Source of the DNA: Basidiobolus meristosporus CBS 931.73 | Taxonomy: Eukaryota; Fungi; Basidiobolomycota | Assembly (NCBI GenBank): GCA_002104905.1 | Contig: MCFE01000024.1 | Location: 124,001-188,000, forward strand | DNA: 64,000 nucleotides | Reading direction: 5' to 3' | Shown: in pieces, positions 1 through 13,368 of the stretch | How the letters are laid out: every line of letters begins with the position of its first letter | How positions within the stretch are numbered: position 1 is the first letter of the stretch | Notes under the pieces: model-generated | The model's input: the letters and a program-made list of their open reading frames with translations, nothing else | Told to the model about the DNA's origin: nothing | Database searches by the model: none | Made by a program: the position numbers and the translations under genes

Positions 1-420
1 TGATATTACGGTGGTATTTTGCTGGCCTTTTCTTAACTTTTTTCTTAGGGATTAAGCTGGTTGCTTGCAATTGACATCCATTCATACATGTGTTATAATT
101 ATCTTACTTTTGTAAACAGGCAGAATGGGAAACTGGTAAGTGGTTTGGAGTATTTGAGAAAGTTTACGTGAGTGGATTTAGCAAGTAATGCAAAAACAAC
201 GAGGGAATGTGATGAACAACTCTTTGGAACAAAATTGATAAAGTTTGGTGTTGTTTCTATCAAATCAGCATCTTGACGATTTTAAGGAATTATCATGCAT
301 GACTAATTCCCATTTCAATCTTAATTCAAACAAATCGACCGTGCAATATCAGTTGAACAGTTAAGTGCATCAGTAACTGGTTGTAGTACTTTCCCCTTTT
401 AATTCCGAAGTACCCCTGTT

Positions 421-1387
421 CCCTCAATCCCACTTGCCTCATCTTGGTTTACTGAACGGCGACGACTTCTTATGCATATTTCTCGGTCTTTGCGGTGCAG
501 ATTGAAATAAAATATCTTTCGACCTATCTGAGAATACCAAGCACTGACGATACGTCGAAAGACCGTGAAGGTTTAATGCGAGGCTTAGGGACAAATGATA
601 TTTGGTACCCGGGACATGCCGCAGATTGCTGTCTCACCTCGGCTCCATAGCATATCCTGTCGAGTATGTATGAAACTGAATACCATCAATGCCGGTTTAG
701 CGTTTTGTTTCGTTGAGGAGCAATTCGTGAAAATACCTCTGCAGAGTATGCGAATTTTGCGATGTTGCGCCTCCGATTTCCTACAAGTCTCTACAATTGA
801 CCACGTCTGCATTGCTTGAAACAGAATATTTGTCCGGCGATGAATCAGCAGTCATTGCGGAGCTCTACCCTGTTTGCAAAATACGCAAATAAACTTCGCA
901 TATTGGAAGATACTATCAGCTGAAGCTTCATATTCTACCTGAACGCTAACTTTCTTTGCTTCCTTGTTTTGATAAACCTCGAAAAAATACCGTATATGGC
1001 ATTATGCATCATCGTTTCATTCTACTCCCACCAAATATAGAAACAACGTGGTACCCATATTTTTTCCTCCAGAATTGTGGGGATGCTGAGAAGATAGACA
1101 TTTCTGGATGGGATTCTTGAAAACCATACAAATGCTGGGGTCCGTCGAAGAATTCCCCCATTCAACCGGAGACATGAAATTCTGGCAATGCTTGCAGATA
1201 TTATCGTAAATAACGAGCCTGGAGGCAAACACTGTTCCGCTATCTCCCATTGGATTACCGGAGCCTCTCCATCAATATCATCTGATATTGACTGTTCGGT
1301 AAAGATCTTTAGTAATCAATGAGAAACACTCAACACGGCTGCTGGGCCATCAATGCGCAGGAATAGTGTGGATTACTTGTCCATCAT
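421..1387 (-). CDS. Possible multi-exon gene, product unidentified; exon structure not resolved
   Basis: The minus strand has a run of 40-60 nt GT...AG segments (e.g. GTATTT...GCTAAAC...TTCAG near 735-675; GTGAGA...CCTAAG near 637-585) separating short open stretches, with an ATGATG at 1387. I found no single convincing spliced ORF or domain. Confidence 0.25.
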
Positions 1388-4151
1388 GGAGTTGGCCCAG
1401 GCAAAAGATAGTGCCGGAGTTCCAGATGCGCAGCAAATAACTGGTGCATCCACCAAACTCAGTCACATCGTGATTGGCTGTTGGGCTAGGCGCAAATGAT
1501 CAACGTGAGTGGTAGTTTTTTCGGACCGCTTCTCATTCGTTCTCATGTGCCCATTCAGCATTATGCTTGGCTCAGTGTATAGGGCCAGCACCGCTCTTTG
1601 GGATTATCGGCACGTTATCTTCTCCAAGCCATGTGCAAAAGCCGAAGGTCATGCCATTCTTCGCATGATCCGTCGTTCCTGAGCTGGATCTCACGTAGCA
1701 TCTTTGATGGTTTTGGAAGAGAAAAAACTTGAAATACTAATAATCCTCCAGATAATCCCAAGTCTGGCTTTTAATCTGTTGAGAGCTTCCATTTTCCCAA
1801 TGGGGCATTCGTGCTCCGCAAGTCTGTATGCCCAAGGCTGACCAAAACCCCCGATTTTCCTGGCAGTCATTGAAGGGATCGAGCACCAGGCCTCGACGAT
1901 GTTATTTGCTATTTATGCTTGGCAACGAACGTGTTCAAAGCGTAGGTGCGGAGACAATGCTCTTGCCGAGTTAGACCTAATGCACTCATGAGCAACGATG
2001 ACACCACAGGCACAATCACCACAAGACCAAAGCAACACTCATTGGACGGTTGACGAAATACAGGAAAACCTTGATCTAGGTGGGACGAGGTTCAGTACCA
2101 TGCCTCATCTCCCAACCAGATCCCGATTTTGGCCTATAAATAGACAATTCAAGACGGAACCGGAATGAATTTACAATCCCGTATCAAAATCCACCGAATA
2201 TCCAGTCAAGATAAGGATTCGAAAAGACACTGTCATTCATGTTTGTACCCATGATACATGTCTGTAACGCATGGTCGTCGACAGGTTAGCCAGCGGTGAA
2301 TCTACCATCGCATGTGTTTCGCCACGACAGCTGAAAACATTGAGGCGCACACAGGCCTACCCCGTTCAGTGGCAATGTAACTGGTACTTGCGAGTCATTC
2401 GCAGAGAGTAGTGTAATCGTGTTGGCAGAGGGTCGAGTGACTCAATGCTCGTTGAGTGTGGCGGCTATGTTTGCTCGGCTGGAGTGGCTCTCATCTCCTT
2501 TCGAACATCCCAGATACCCACCCAGCCAAGGGATATGATGATTGCGCATCAGCCTGATATTTCAAGCTGGGAACTGGTGCCACTGCCCGCGGGAGCAGGC
2601 AGGGTTGGTGGGAGTGGGAGTGGGAATGAGTAGTAGACTCATCCTTGGCACGAGGCCCGCCATACAGGTAAAGCACAAGATCGATCTTCAGGGATTGTGG
2701 GCTGCAGGCCACAAAAAAGTTCCAATCAAGCTCATTTCGAGAAACCGCACGGCTCCGCCGAAATGGATGGTGATTGGGTGGGCTGGCCAGAGCCGTGGCT
2801 TTGGCTGGGTGATTAATCATTCGTTTCGTGACAATTAAGATTGATGAAGTGACCTCGCATTATACGTCTGTGACTCGATTATTTGTCCCACCCATCAGCA
2901 CACATAATGCACATTTGTCATCACCATCTCCAGAACGGAACGCTGTCCAGCCAATTCAACAATAAAGCCATCGGAAAATCTAGATCTAGGATGATTCTGT
3001 TTTGGCTGCAACCTTCCTTTCTGGTACCCTATCTGCGACCAAAAGGCGAGATTCATTGTTATCAACCCTGGAGAAATGTTTGTCAGAGCATTTCGGAAGG
3101 GCATGCAAAAAGCTTAAACTAGACTCATTGTACGTGTGTGTGAGGTAAGGTTGGATGCCCCGACAGACCCATACCATAAAGCCCTAGGCTTGGCTGAATA
3201 AAGGCAATGTGTCCGCGCCCAGTTCCCATTTCGAAGTGGCTTCTTCAGCAGTGGTAGGGTCAGCATCTACCAGCACCACCCGTCCACCGCACTGATTCAT
3301 GGCCAACAGGATCAACAACCTGCTGAAGCGCTCTCATTTCTGAATTGGAAACTGACTCCATCTACGCCGGGCCACCCAACCCGGTGCTCGAGAATTTTCC
3401 GGCGATGACGATGTTTTTAAATCATCGCTTCGCTCAGTGGCATTTCGTGATAGTCCGCCAAATCCTGCTTTGCAACCACTGATGCTGAGTATGCCATCAG
3501 TAACCAATGGCAGTGCCACGGTGCAGAGATCGGTCCCGCTCGTCCAAAGCGGGTCATTGGAAAACGCCAGTCATCCAGCATCCACGAGCCCATCACAAGA
3601 ATACTCATGCATTCCCACGGAAAGAATCGTGAGGTTGGTGAGGACAAACGGGTTTTATCCACAATAATGCCAAATCCGCTCGTGATTGCTGTAGGTGGAA
3701 TTATGAGAACTCGAAACAAATGAACTGTTCAAAATTGGAAATGTTTGCTAAAAACAAGACAGCCTTTTGTCCCATCCGCGGTGAATGTACTGGGGGTTTC
3801 AGTTAAGCTTTCTGTGGTTCGGGGTTTTCGCAGCGCTTCCCAGCAATGGGACACACCGCCATAGGACCCGCTGCGAAACCGCGAGCATGTGGTAGAGCAC
3901 GTCAATCCCCGAAATGCCGCCATATCTCAAATCCCGTATATCCATGGCCGATTTTCTCTCATTTTTGTGGAGTGTGGGACATATAAGGGTTGCCTTTGAT
4001 CCTATGGCGACGAATGCCGGAGAGTCGGGCCGTCAGCGATTTGGATCATGGCTCATTTTCTTGGGTGCGAGCAGACGCGCCATTGGCCAATTGTCATGAA
4101 GGAGTCCGGCATTATCGCACCAAGGATTCCGAAAATTTACCCATATTAACA

Positions 4152-5022
4152 ATGAGACCATACTCTGCTGCCGTATATAAGCCCACAGATCGCCCCAAGC
4201 TGCCTAGTGGTTTTGGTTATTTTCATTCACGACAGCTTGCAGTCAACAGCATGTCGCCCTCGAATACGCTCAATAGCTCCAGTACTTGCCCCTCTCTTCC
4301 CCACTCTCTCCCATTCCCGCCCAAAGGCACTCTGGTTAATGCCTTAGTAGGTAAGCGTAGCTCCGTGCTGCTGGTCCCCGCCCGCAAACCACATTAACTC
4401 GTTTGCATTAGACCAAACCGTATGCTTGATCCAATATATCTGGCCCAACAGCCTCACAAACTGCCAGATACTCCCCTTAAAGGTCTTCGTGCAAGAAATC
4501 CTTAGACGCTCAAGAACCTCGTTTTCTTGCTGTTTGACCGCTTTGCTATATTTATTCCGGGTCAAGAGTACAATTTCCAAGCGAATCGGGAGATCACCCG
4601 GGCCTCGTGTGTCCAATGAGTGCCCCTATTCGCCTATTTTGGATAAAGAGACCGATCCAACTTTGTGTGGTCGCCGAATGTTTGTAGCCGCGTTGATTCT
4701 CGCAACCAAGTATCTCCAAGATCGCAGCTTCGCCAACTCCATGTGGTCCCATCTGTCAGGGCTGAAAATGCAGGAGATCAATCGAAATGAATTGGTCTTT
4801 CTGTCGCTCATTAATTATCAACTCTACATCCCCTACCCTCTCTTCTCCTGGTGGTCCTCCCTGTTCATCCATAGCACCCATCAGAACAGCCCGCACCCCA
4901 CAGATGGTTGCAACCAACTCACTGGCTCGCCACGTGCTGCCAAAAAATATTCGCCCTACGACGTGGCTACGAACAAGTTTGCGAGCAAAAGAAAGATGAG
5001 GGAGGCCTCCGTGTCAACATAG
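4152..5022 (+). CDS. Pho85-type (Pcl5/Clg1/Pas1-like) cyclin, 2 exons: 4152 or 4251..4350 + 4412..5022
   Basis: The intron 4351-4411 (GTAAGC...CATTAG) joins in frame to give ...NALV-D-QTVCLIQYIWP. The cyclin box reads VFVQEILRRSRTSFSCCLTALLYL...CGRRMFVAALILATKYLQDRSFANSMWSHLSGLKMQEINRNELVFLSLINYQLYI. The start is either ATG 4152 or ATG 4251. Confidence 0.9.
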
Positions 5023-6385
5023 TGGATCTGGCGTCGACACACGTGCTAGTGGGCTGAGCATCCAGGACCACTATGCTGCAACCCAACACCAAGACGAACG
5101 CCATTATGAGACGACCTCCTGTGTATATACTGTTTCTTTCCCTGTTCATGGTCAAGAACGAAGCACCATTTGACCATGAATGGATCCACCGCCGCTAATC
5201 GAATTCATGTACCATACTCAATGTTTCCAGTAAATCATATATATGGGTCATCGCAGCTGCGAACCCACTGCAATAACCATCTTGCAACGTGAACACCTGA
5301 ATGCCGAGATGGCCAGATCCAGCATGTGTGCTATTGAGCCACCGCATGGATCTTAACGCAGAGATGGTATAAGACCCCGTGTAACATCAACCACGCAATT
5401 GAGTGGGACTGGGGTTGGTTTATGTTCGAACGCTGTTCCAGAAAGTGATTTGTGATGGTTGCCGGTGGATATAGCTCAGATCTTGAGATCTGTGTACAAT
5501 CGAGGGATTTCGGCGCAGGCGTTCATGCATGGAGTTGCCAGAATGGGGAACAAGGATGCCACATCTTCTGGGCTCTGTTCATGGTGTCGTTATGCCAGCG
5601 GCAGACCAGCCGTTGTGGGACGTGTGGTAGGCCGCCGACTGTCAACACCTCTGCAGAAGGCCATCGTGGGGCGGTACAAGGGCTCTATCCGAGCCGCTGC
5701 ATATCAGCCGTACAGACGTGATGCAGCTTGCGTTGTCCGGCGGGATACACCCCGCGAGTGGTGGCCCGTTGGAGAAGGGGTCTGCAACCAAGGGTATCCC
5801 CGCACAATGCCCTTAGCAGCTGGATCGATCATGAGGCGGCGAAAGCGATTGCCGGATGCCTTGTCTTCGCGGCGCGGCTGCCATTCATCACAAAGCCATT
5901 GTTTGGCATCATCGCGCAGCAGTATTTTGAATCAGTGCATCTGAGACACGCTCCAACGAACACATGGTGATTTCGCCTAGCCGAAGGATCTCATGAAAAT
6001 CCATCAGCGCAGATGGCCATACGACGTTCTCTGCTGCTCAGCCACAAGAAAACCAGACGTTGTCAGCTGATTATCGCTAACCATGTCCACTCCTTCAAGA
6101 ATCGAACCTAAACAATTTCGATGAAATTCACTAAAAAATGGCAATTCGAGCCGAGGGAAGAGGAAATTTCAACGAAGCTGCACAATTTTGGTAATATTTT
6201 AGGAAAATCAGGGGAGCTTGGATTAGAGCTCACCAGCTCTCAGCCACCGTAGATTCATAGTTCCTCCTTGCGCCTTCCAGAACTCTTATCATTCGGAAGC
6301 TTTTGCTTGAGTTAACTCCCGGCCATAACCACCCTCATAAAATTACGCTTAAATATTTCTTAGTGTTACCCAAGTCTAATTCAAG

Positions 6386-7435
6386 ATGGAAAATGTTGAC
6401 CGGAATCAAACATCCACCCGAAAACACCTTGACGATACAGTATCCAACTACAAAATCCCCGTAGAGCCTTCCGGCGGTCCTCAAGTCGAGGGTTTCGCCT
6501 CTACCATCGTAGACATACAAGAATCGACCGACTCACTCAAGGACCCCGAAACAAGCGAAGATCAGCCACTTTCCCTGCAGAAGGAGGAGGAGCAAGTTCT
6601 CTTGACGATCAAGCGAGGATCCGGCAGTCCCACCGACTTCAAACGAAACCTAAAAAGAAAGCCGGTCACGACCCAGGCTCAAGGAAATGCCGGCAAAACG
6701 ATTGGTACCCAGACCAACGTCACGCCGGAAATCAAAGTCGAACGGGATTTTCTGTCTGGGTTTAGTTCGGTCGAGCTGGAGGCAAGTAGGATTCTCGGTT
6801 TGATAGGGCAGGCACGGGATTTACGAGTGGCGAGTGATGCAGAGAGTGTTGGTTCGAGCGCGCTGGTAGCAGAAGTGGACGCCTCCCCACCGGGCAGTTT
6901 ACGCTCTAGCCCCGAGCCGTCCGTGTCCCCTTACGGAAGTCGCACCTCCTCGCCAACCAGATTCTCCGAAAAAACTGCTGGGGTTACCTCAAGAATGAGC
7001 ATTCAATTCGCCACCTCGGACTCCTTGCGCCTACCCAAATCGGTGGCGACCTCGCTCGGAAAATCAGTAGCCTCCACCACCGAGGCCAGCTCAGGCCCCT
7101 CGAGCCCAGAAAGCAATCTCCAGGAAGATTTCCGAAGTGAAGAGGAGGGGGCATCAAGTACTATATATCGTTGCGAATTTCCTTCGTGTGGCAAGACATT
7201 CGGAAGATTATACAATCTGAAGTCACATACCCGAACACATACCGACGACAGGCCTTTCAAATGCGAGCAATGTGAGCAGGCCTTCAGTCGAAACCACGAC
7301 TTGAAGCGACATCAGAAGATTCACTCGGGTCTTAAGCCATTTGAATGTGGTGGGTGTGGTAAGAAATTTTCTAGAATGGATGCATTAGGTCGTCATCGAG
7401 CCAAAAAACCCCAGTGTCAAGAGAAATCTACTTAA
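6386..7435 (+). CDS. C2H2 zinc-finger transcription factor, Crz1/CrzA-like (349 aa, single exon)
   Basis: C-terminal fingers [73 protein letters not shown]...C match the Crz1 finger pattern (YNLxSH / RxHDxKRH / RxDALGRH). The middle is Ser/Pro-rich and contains a PEIKVE motif. Confidence 0.88.
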   Translation: [349 protein letters not shown]

Positions 7436-7929
7436 GTCTCGGGATCTAGGACAAATTCGGATGATGGCCTTATCTTATCAACACGATTTATTGAATGGTT
7501 CCCATGTGTGTACAAATGATCCCTTTCCTACTCCCCTTTTCATACCTCCCTGCAGAATTCCGATTAAGCCCTTTGGTCGATCCAAGTGTTGGATGTTTCT
7601 ATGTAAGCTGTTCGTAAGGTTTTTGCTTGTTGCGCCGAAGTGACAAGCAGGAGATTGACAAGCCATATAGCCAAGAACCTTGTTGAGATCTAAAATTTTG
7701 TCTCATGGTTGATTCCTCTGAGTAGGGTTTTTGTAACAATCACTTGGCAGTATTTTAACCTTTATTGTACAAATATCCACATTATCCAGTGATATAGTAA
7801 TATATTGCTTCTATTACCTACGCCAGAGTGCTCCATTTCCAGCCGACACCCCTTAGTTGGAGGTGGCGGCTGCCCTGCTGCATTACCCAACCTCCATACT
7901 GTTTGTCCAAGATGGCAGTAGCGGGACTG

Positions 7930-9090
7930 GATGCGAGATTCCTATCCATCCAGAAGAGTGACCCAGCCGAAACAACATGATTTTTGGGCAGCTTCCATCA
8001 TAGCCATACCGAAGAGATCCAATGCTGTGAAACCCCGGGTCTCACCAAGCCATTTCAGTTCACACTACATGAATCTGTTGGCACCCTGTGTTCTGGAATT
8101 CCGATGCGCAATGGACGGAACCCATGGTTTCCTAGCATATCCGGTTGCAGTTTCGCTTTGGGACATGTCCCAGCCAGCTGAAAATAACCCTCAGATGGGT
8201 TCTGGTCCAGGTGCAGTCGATGCCCCACATCGCGGGAGCATACCCGGGATGCTCGATTGCCACCCCCGGCAACATTCCCATCGAAGTTCAGAAGGTGTAC
8301 ATCTTGGGGAGTGTGTGCTGATATTAGGGGCTGGGTTACATTGGGCAAATAAATGTTGGGAGGATAGATCAGTCAGTGATGGTGTTGGCATTCCCTGATT
8401 TCACTCATCAACCTCCGGGCAGGCGGCAGTGTCGTTCAGATGGATGGGTGCAGATAGCCTCTGTGTCCATGGATCCGATGCACCCAAGCGGCCTCCCACA
8501 CTATGCTAATTTAAGGGCTGAGGAAAGCGCCGATAGTATTTAATACGGTTCCAAATCTGGTGGTGGGTGTTCGGTTGCATCCAGGATCCACTCTATAGAG
8601 AATAGATTGTTTCAACGGACGTGGTGAGCACAATACCATACAGGTATCGCTTTTGCCCTTGGAGCGCTCTGACTCACTCGTGGCTTTGATATAACGGTAC
8701 GCTACTCATTGTATGACCACACTCGGATGCGTGGTGTTCAATCAACTGGAAGAGGCTCTCAGGTGACCATCATCTAATTGGTTATAACACTCCTCATTTG
8801 GCGACACCATCTTTAGATTGACAAACATGGCATGGCTATGCCCCTGTAGTACAGCAGATTCCTTGCAATGGAATGGTTATTGGGAAACGTTGTGAGTACC
8901 TGATTACATAAGTGCGCACCCAATGCTGCACGAATGGAAGCCCATCCCCCATAGGCATCCTCCCAGCTTCAACCTGCACAGTCAGACATGGAATGAAACT
9001 GTATGGAGGATCGCTCAACATTCCATGCTCAATGACATAATGAGTACTCACTGCAATTGACGCACCAGAATCGATTGGCCGACGAGGCAA
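7930..9090 (-). pseudogene. Possible very old Ty3/gypsy pol relic (protease to RT)
   Basis: Degenerate motifs occur in pol order on the minus strand: PIDSGASIAV (retropepsin-like), then PEVDE, SLTDLSS, RCTPSELRW and ELKWLG. There are many stops and frameshifts, and the similarity is weak and judged by eye only. Confidence 0.3.
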
Positions 9091-10044
9091 GTTTGCGGAT
9101 ATTTCCTATTTGAACCCACCCTAGAATTCGGAATATATATATATTGATGGACTAAGCAAGCAGCATTTGCAATGAATCCGGTTGATTCGAAATCAGAATG
9201 GCTGCTGTCCAATGGATTAGAAAACCACCCGTTCACTGGAACAAGGGGGAAATTAGTAAGTGTCCATCGCCACTTAATCAGATGTGATACGCGAGTAGTA
9301 TCTAAGATATGAATGCAAATTTAGCTCAGACCATCACACCGTTCACTAACAAGTTGGTACACTGGTTGTATGATGAAATGGAGCTTCGAGGCCATTCTTT
9401 ATTATCACTAGCTTACCCAAAAATGGCGACCATTATATAGGATATGACATGAACCTGAATGCGAGTAGCTTGACATGATGTTAAACTTCGCAATATATCC
9501 AGAGCAAACCCGGTTTTCATCTGGTTGATGGAGTCCTAGCTTGCAAGTAAGTTAACCCCGGTTTTGTGCAAGAGATATCGAAAGAAAAGGGGAGAATTTC
9601 GAATGTACGAAGAAGGTACACAATGAACTTTATTATGATAGAATTCCTATATAGTTGGTAATATATTTACATAGGCCAATAGAGATACAACATCCGTATT
9701 GTACCAGCTGATATCGCAGTGTCAGATCTGCTCTCGCAGCCTATTTGGGGATTGAATTTTACAGTGTCAACCGTCCAGAACGTATAGTATAAATTGGTCC
9801 TGTCAATGTCCCGGGCTTTGGAATGGACGGAAGTATGGAGGTGCGAAGACGGATTTCTTTTGCGGCACTCTAGTGTGTTTCATTCTTGATATGATTAATG
9901 ACGTTGGGGGCTAATGATCTTTGAGCAAATATGCAAGACTTTGAATAGATTGGTTCCAACAATACATACAGATGCTACCAGGAAGTATTCATGTGCTGGT
10001 AGCTAGGGCTTGGCGTTGACAGCTGAGAGCCCTATGGCTAGTTT

Positions 10045-10652
<608 letters not shown>

Positions 10653-12104
10653 CTATATATATAGATATAGAGGCCAGGTAAGGGTGATGGCTATGATTGG
10701 AGTCAATCCGCGAAGGATTACCCAAATTATAAAACGTCATTACTTGATGGTGCCAAACCAAGTGAAGGATCTATATCACGAGTTCCACCACCAGGCCTGC
10801 CTGTAATCGAATTTTATATTGGTTTTCGTCTTGCTGCTTGGGGTTTGCTAGGACAGTTGATGTGTTGCTGAGTGAAATCGGCAGTATAGTACGATCATGC
10901 ACGGCTGTGGATTTATATTGTGTAGTGGTGGTTAATATGCGGTTTCATGGAATCTTAGATCGAGGGAGCCTACCAGAAAAGGAAACGAGAATCATTACCA
11001 ATCTGCTGACCAAGAAATCTGGGTTTTCTGGTGTTAATAGTCAACAGGAGTTGGTTGCTTATGGAATGATACAATTACCTAATGCAACCTCGATCTATGC
11101 GATCGAAAGTATTACGGCTGCACAGTAAACTCACCATCTGAGCCAGATAGCCACATGCCAGTTGGGTAGAATGGTGCCCGCTAATTACTTGCGACGCCAA
11201 TGTTTATTCATTGCACTCAACACCCGTGATATATGCGGCTGGCATCATTGATGTAATCCCGGCAAAATCGCATCCACACAAGCTTAAGCCAAGCCCAACC
11301 AAACCGCATCGACCTATGATATTGATGTGATTCCCAGGTTTCACTTATTCTGAATATCGAGGACCAGTTACGTCCGTCTCTTCAATCGTTTCAAAGAATC
11401 GGACACACCTGCGATAGGGCCCCGGTTACAAAATGTTGGATTCACAATCTCCATCATGTCCACAAGCGTACAAGCGGTGCTGCTGTGTGATTTCCACAAA
11501 ACATGCCATTTGACAGGCCGAACTGAAATGCGATGTTATATGGCTCGAGGCCGTACATTTGACACAGTGAGCGCAAACCACCCCAATCCTTGACCACAAA
11601 ACTCACCAGAGAATGGGATCCGAACACGGATTTCCTTTTGGTTCATGTCGGTGTGATTTATTATACAATAAAAGAATATACTGATCCGATCTATTTTGGC
11701 AGTGTCTACAAAGGTTCTGCTCGCTTTAATGTATCCATCGAAAGACATCATTTCATTTACGTCACCTTCTTGGCTGCTTCCAAGGATAATCTCTACAATT
11801 AAGGTCAACATGGTTATTATGGTTGGATGAATGGGTCCGTACAGTTCAAGCTACCATCTTCCGACTAGCACGTGTTTCACGTTTAAGATACAATTCCTAT
11901 GGTATTCAACAAGATTGGGTTAGTCACATTGTGGGCATGGCTCATATGAACTGACGACTGCTCACCCCGTTCTCATCGAGGCTTGGGATCTGTGCTTCTG
12001 GAGGGCGTTTGGCTACCACCTGTGACGTTAAATATGCATCAATATTACTGGAAAGCCTGGACCCGATATCTGATAGAACGAACTATTTTGGCAACATTAT
12101 GAGC

Positions 12105-13368
12105 TCATGGAGAAACACTGACCGCTTTATCTTCCATTTCGACCTTATGGGGAGATCGGATTAGATTAGGCCTGGATGCTACAACTCCATCAGCGTTTAC
12201 CTTTTTCGCAGGCTGGGGGCTGTGTTTCTCATTCTTCACCTTTGTCACTGTTCGAAGGGTTTGTACCGCAGGGACAATGGCAGTGGTTCTTCCACCAACC
12301 TATACAGTATGTTACACCACAGAGCTCTTCGTAGAAGATGATATTGGTGGGAATAAAGTACCGTTTCGTAAATAATCTCGTTTCCATCATGAGTGGTGAC
12401 TTTTTTCTTTTTCCCCTTGTTCCATCGGTAGTGGAAAAGCCAGGTGGTAGGGAATTTCTGATAGTCGGCATTGACGGAAACAGCAAAATTCGTCACATCC
12501 TGTATCTGCTGATATACAGATCGTACCTCGTCTACTGTTAGCGTCTTCGAGGGCTGCGCAGGGTGAATCCTCCCTTGGTAAAGGATCTCTGGAAGGAGCG
12601 AGGTTTTAGTAGAGGAAAATAGAATGGGCCTGTGTAACAATTACCATCGGCCATGTAGTTCCCAATCCCCGCAGAAAACTCCTGATCCAGCAATAGAGCC
12701 TTGATTGGGGCGCTTCTCTTGTGGAGCTTCATGTAAAATTCCTCAAAAGAAGGCATCGACAGGATCGGATCGAAGCCAAGTTTGGAAATGGGTGGTTCAT
12801 TCAAGACATCTTCGACCAATCTAATACGTGCTAATCTTCGTGGGTCCGTAAATGCCATACGGCACGTGGTCTGACCTTCATTGTCGATGACACCGGTGCC
12901 AGTGTCCTTGAACGTTATAATAAACTTCCAGTACTTAGGAGGCCACACTGTCTGCTCTTCGGTACCTCTACGATATTGGAAGCAGCTCTTTCCTTCAAAC
13001 TTGAGGCGCGTTAGGAGACAACAAGTGAGGGGAACAGCAAGTTAAACAACTAACGCGGATGTTTCCTGTCATTCCCAGATGCAACAAAATCGTAGGCCCA
13101 TCTTTCAGCAACAAATAAAAGTGCTTTCCGTGGCGCCCTGTATCCACCACTGCCTTGCCTTGCACTCTTTTGGCAAAGTCTGAGGCCTCTACGTTCACAT
13201 AAACAATGTTGTCTTCTTGCTAATACATGAATGGAGTTTCAATAGTCTAGAAACTTGCTGCTATTCGAGGGAGGTTACACGTACCACTTCTACTGCGGCA
13301 ATGGTTTTGCCAACCGCTTCTTCGTGTGCTAACCTTCTGGCTCGTTCTACCTCGGGAAGTTCAGGCAT
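12105..13368 (-). CDS. FPG: Formamidopyrimidine-DNA glycosylase (Fpg/MutM, plant/fungal zinc-finger-less type), 5 exons: 13368..13285, 13219..13055, 12999..12645, 12588..12362, 12299..12105 (about 341 aa)
   Basis: It has the catalytic N-terminus MPELPEVE, plus RHGKHF, LHLGMTG, the H2TH motif LLDQEFSAGIGNYMADEILYQGRIHP, WLFHYRW and VGGRTTAIVP. All four GT-AG introns restore the frame. Confidence 0.95.

Noticed and set aside
3990-4397. 135-aa ORF upstream of the cyclin
   Set aside because: It is cyclin exon 1 read from a non-ATG codon and on into the intron.
5459-5944. 161-aa ORF upstream of the Crz1-like gene
   Set aside because: Arg/Ala/Gly-rich composition typical of a chance ORF in GC-rich promoter DNA, with no ATG start or domain.
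7931-8398. 155-aa plus-strand ORF
   Set aside because: No recognisable domain; it overlaps the possible minus-strand retroelement relic.
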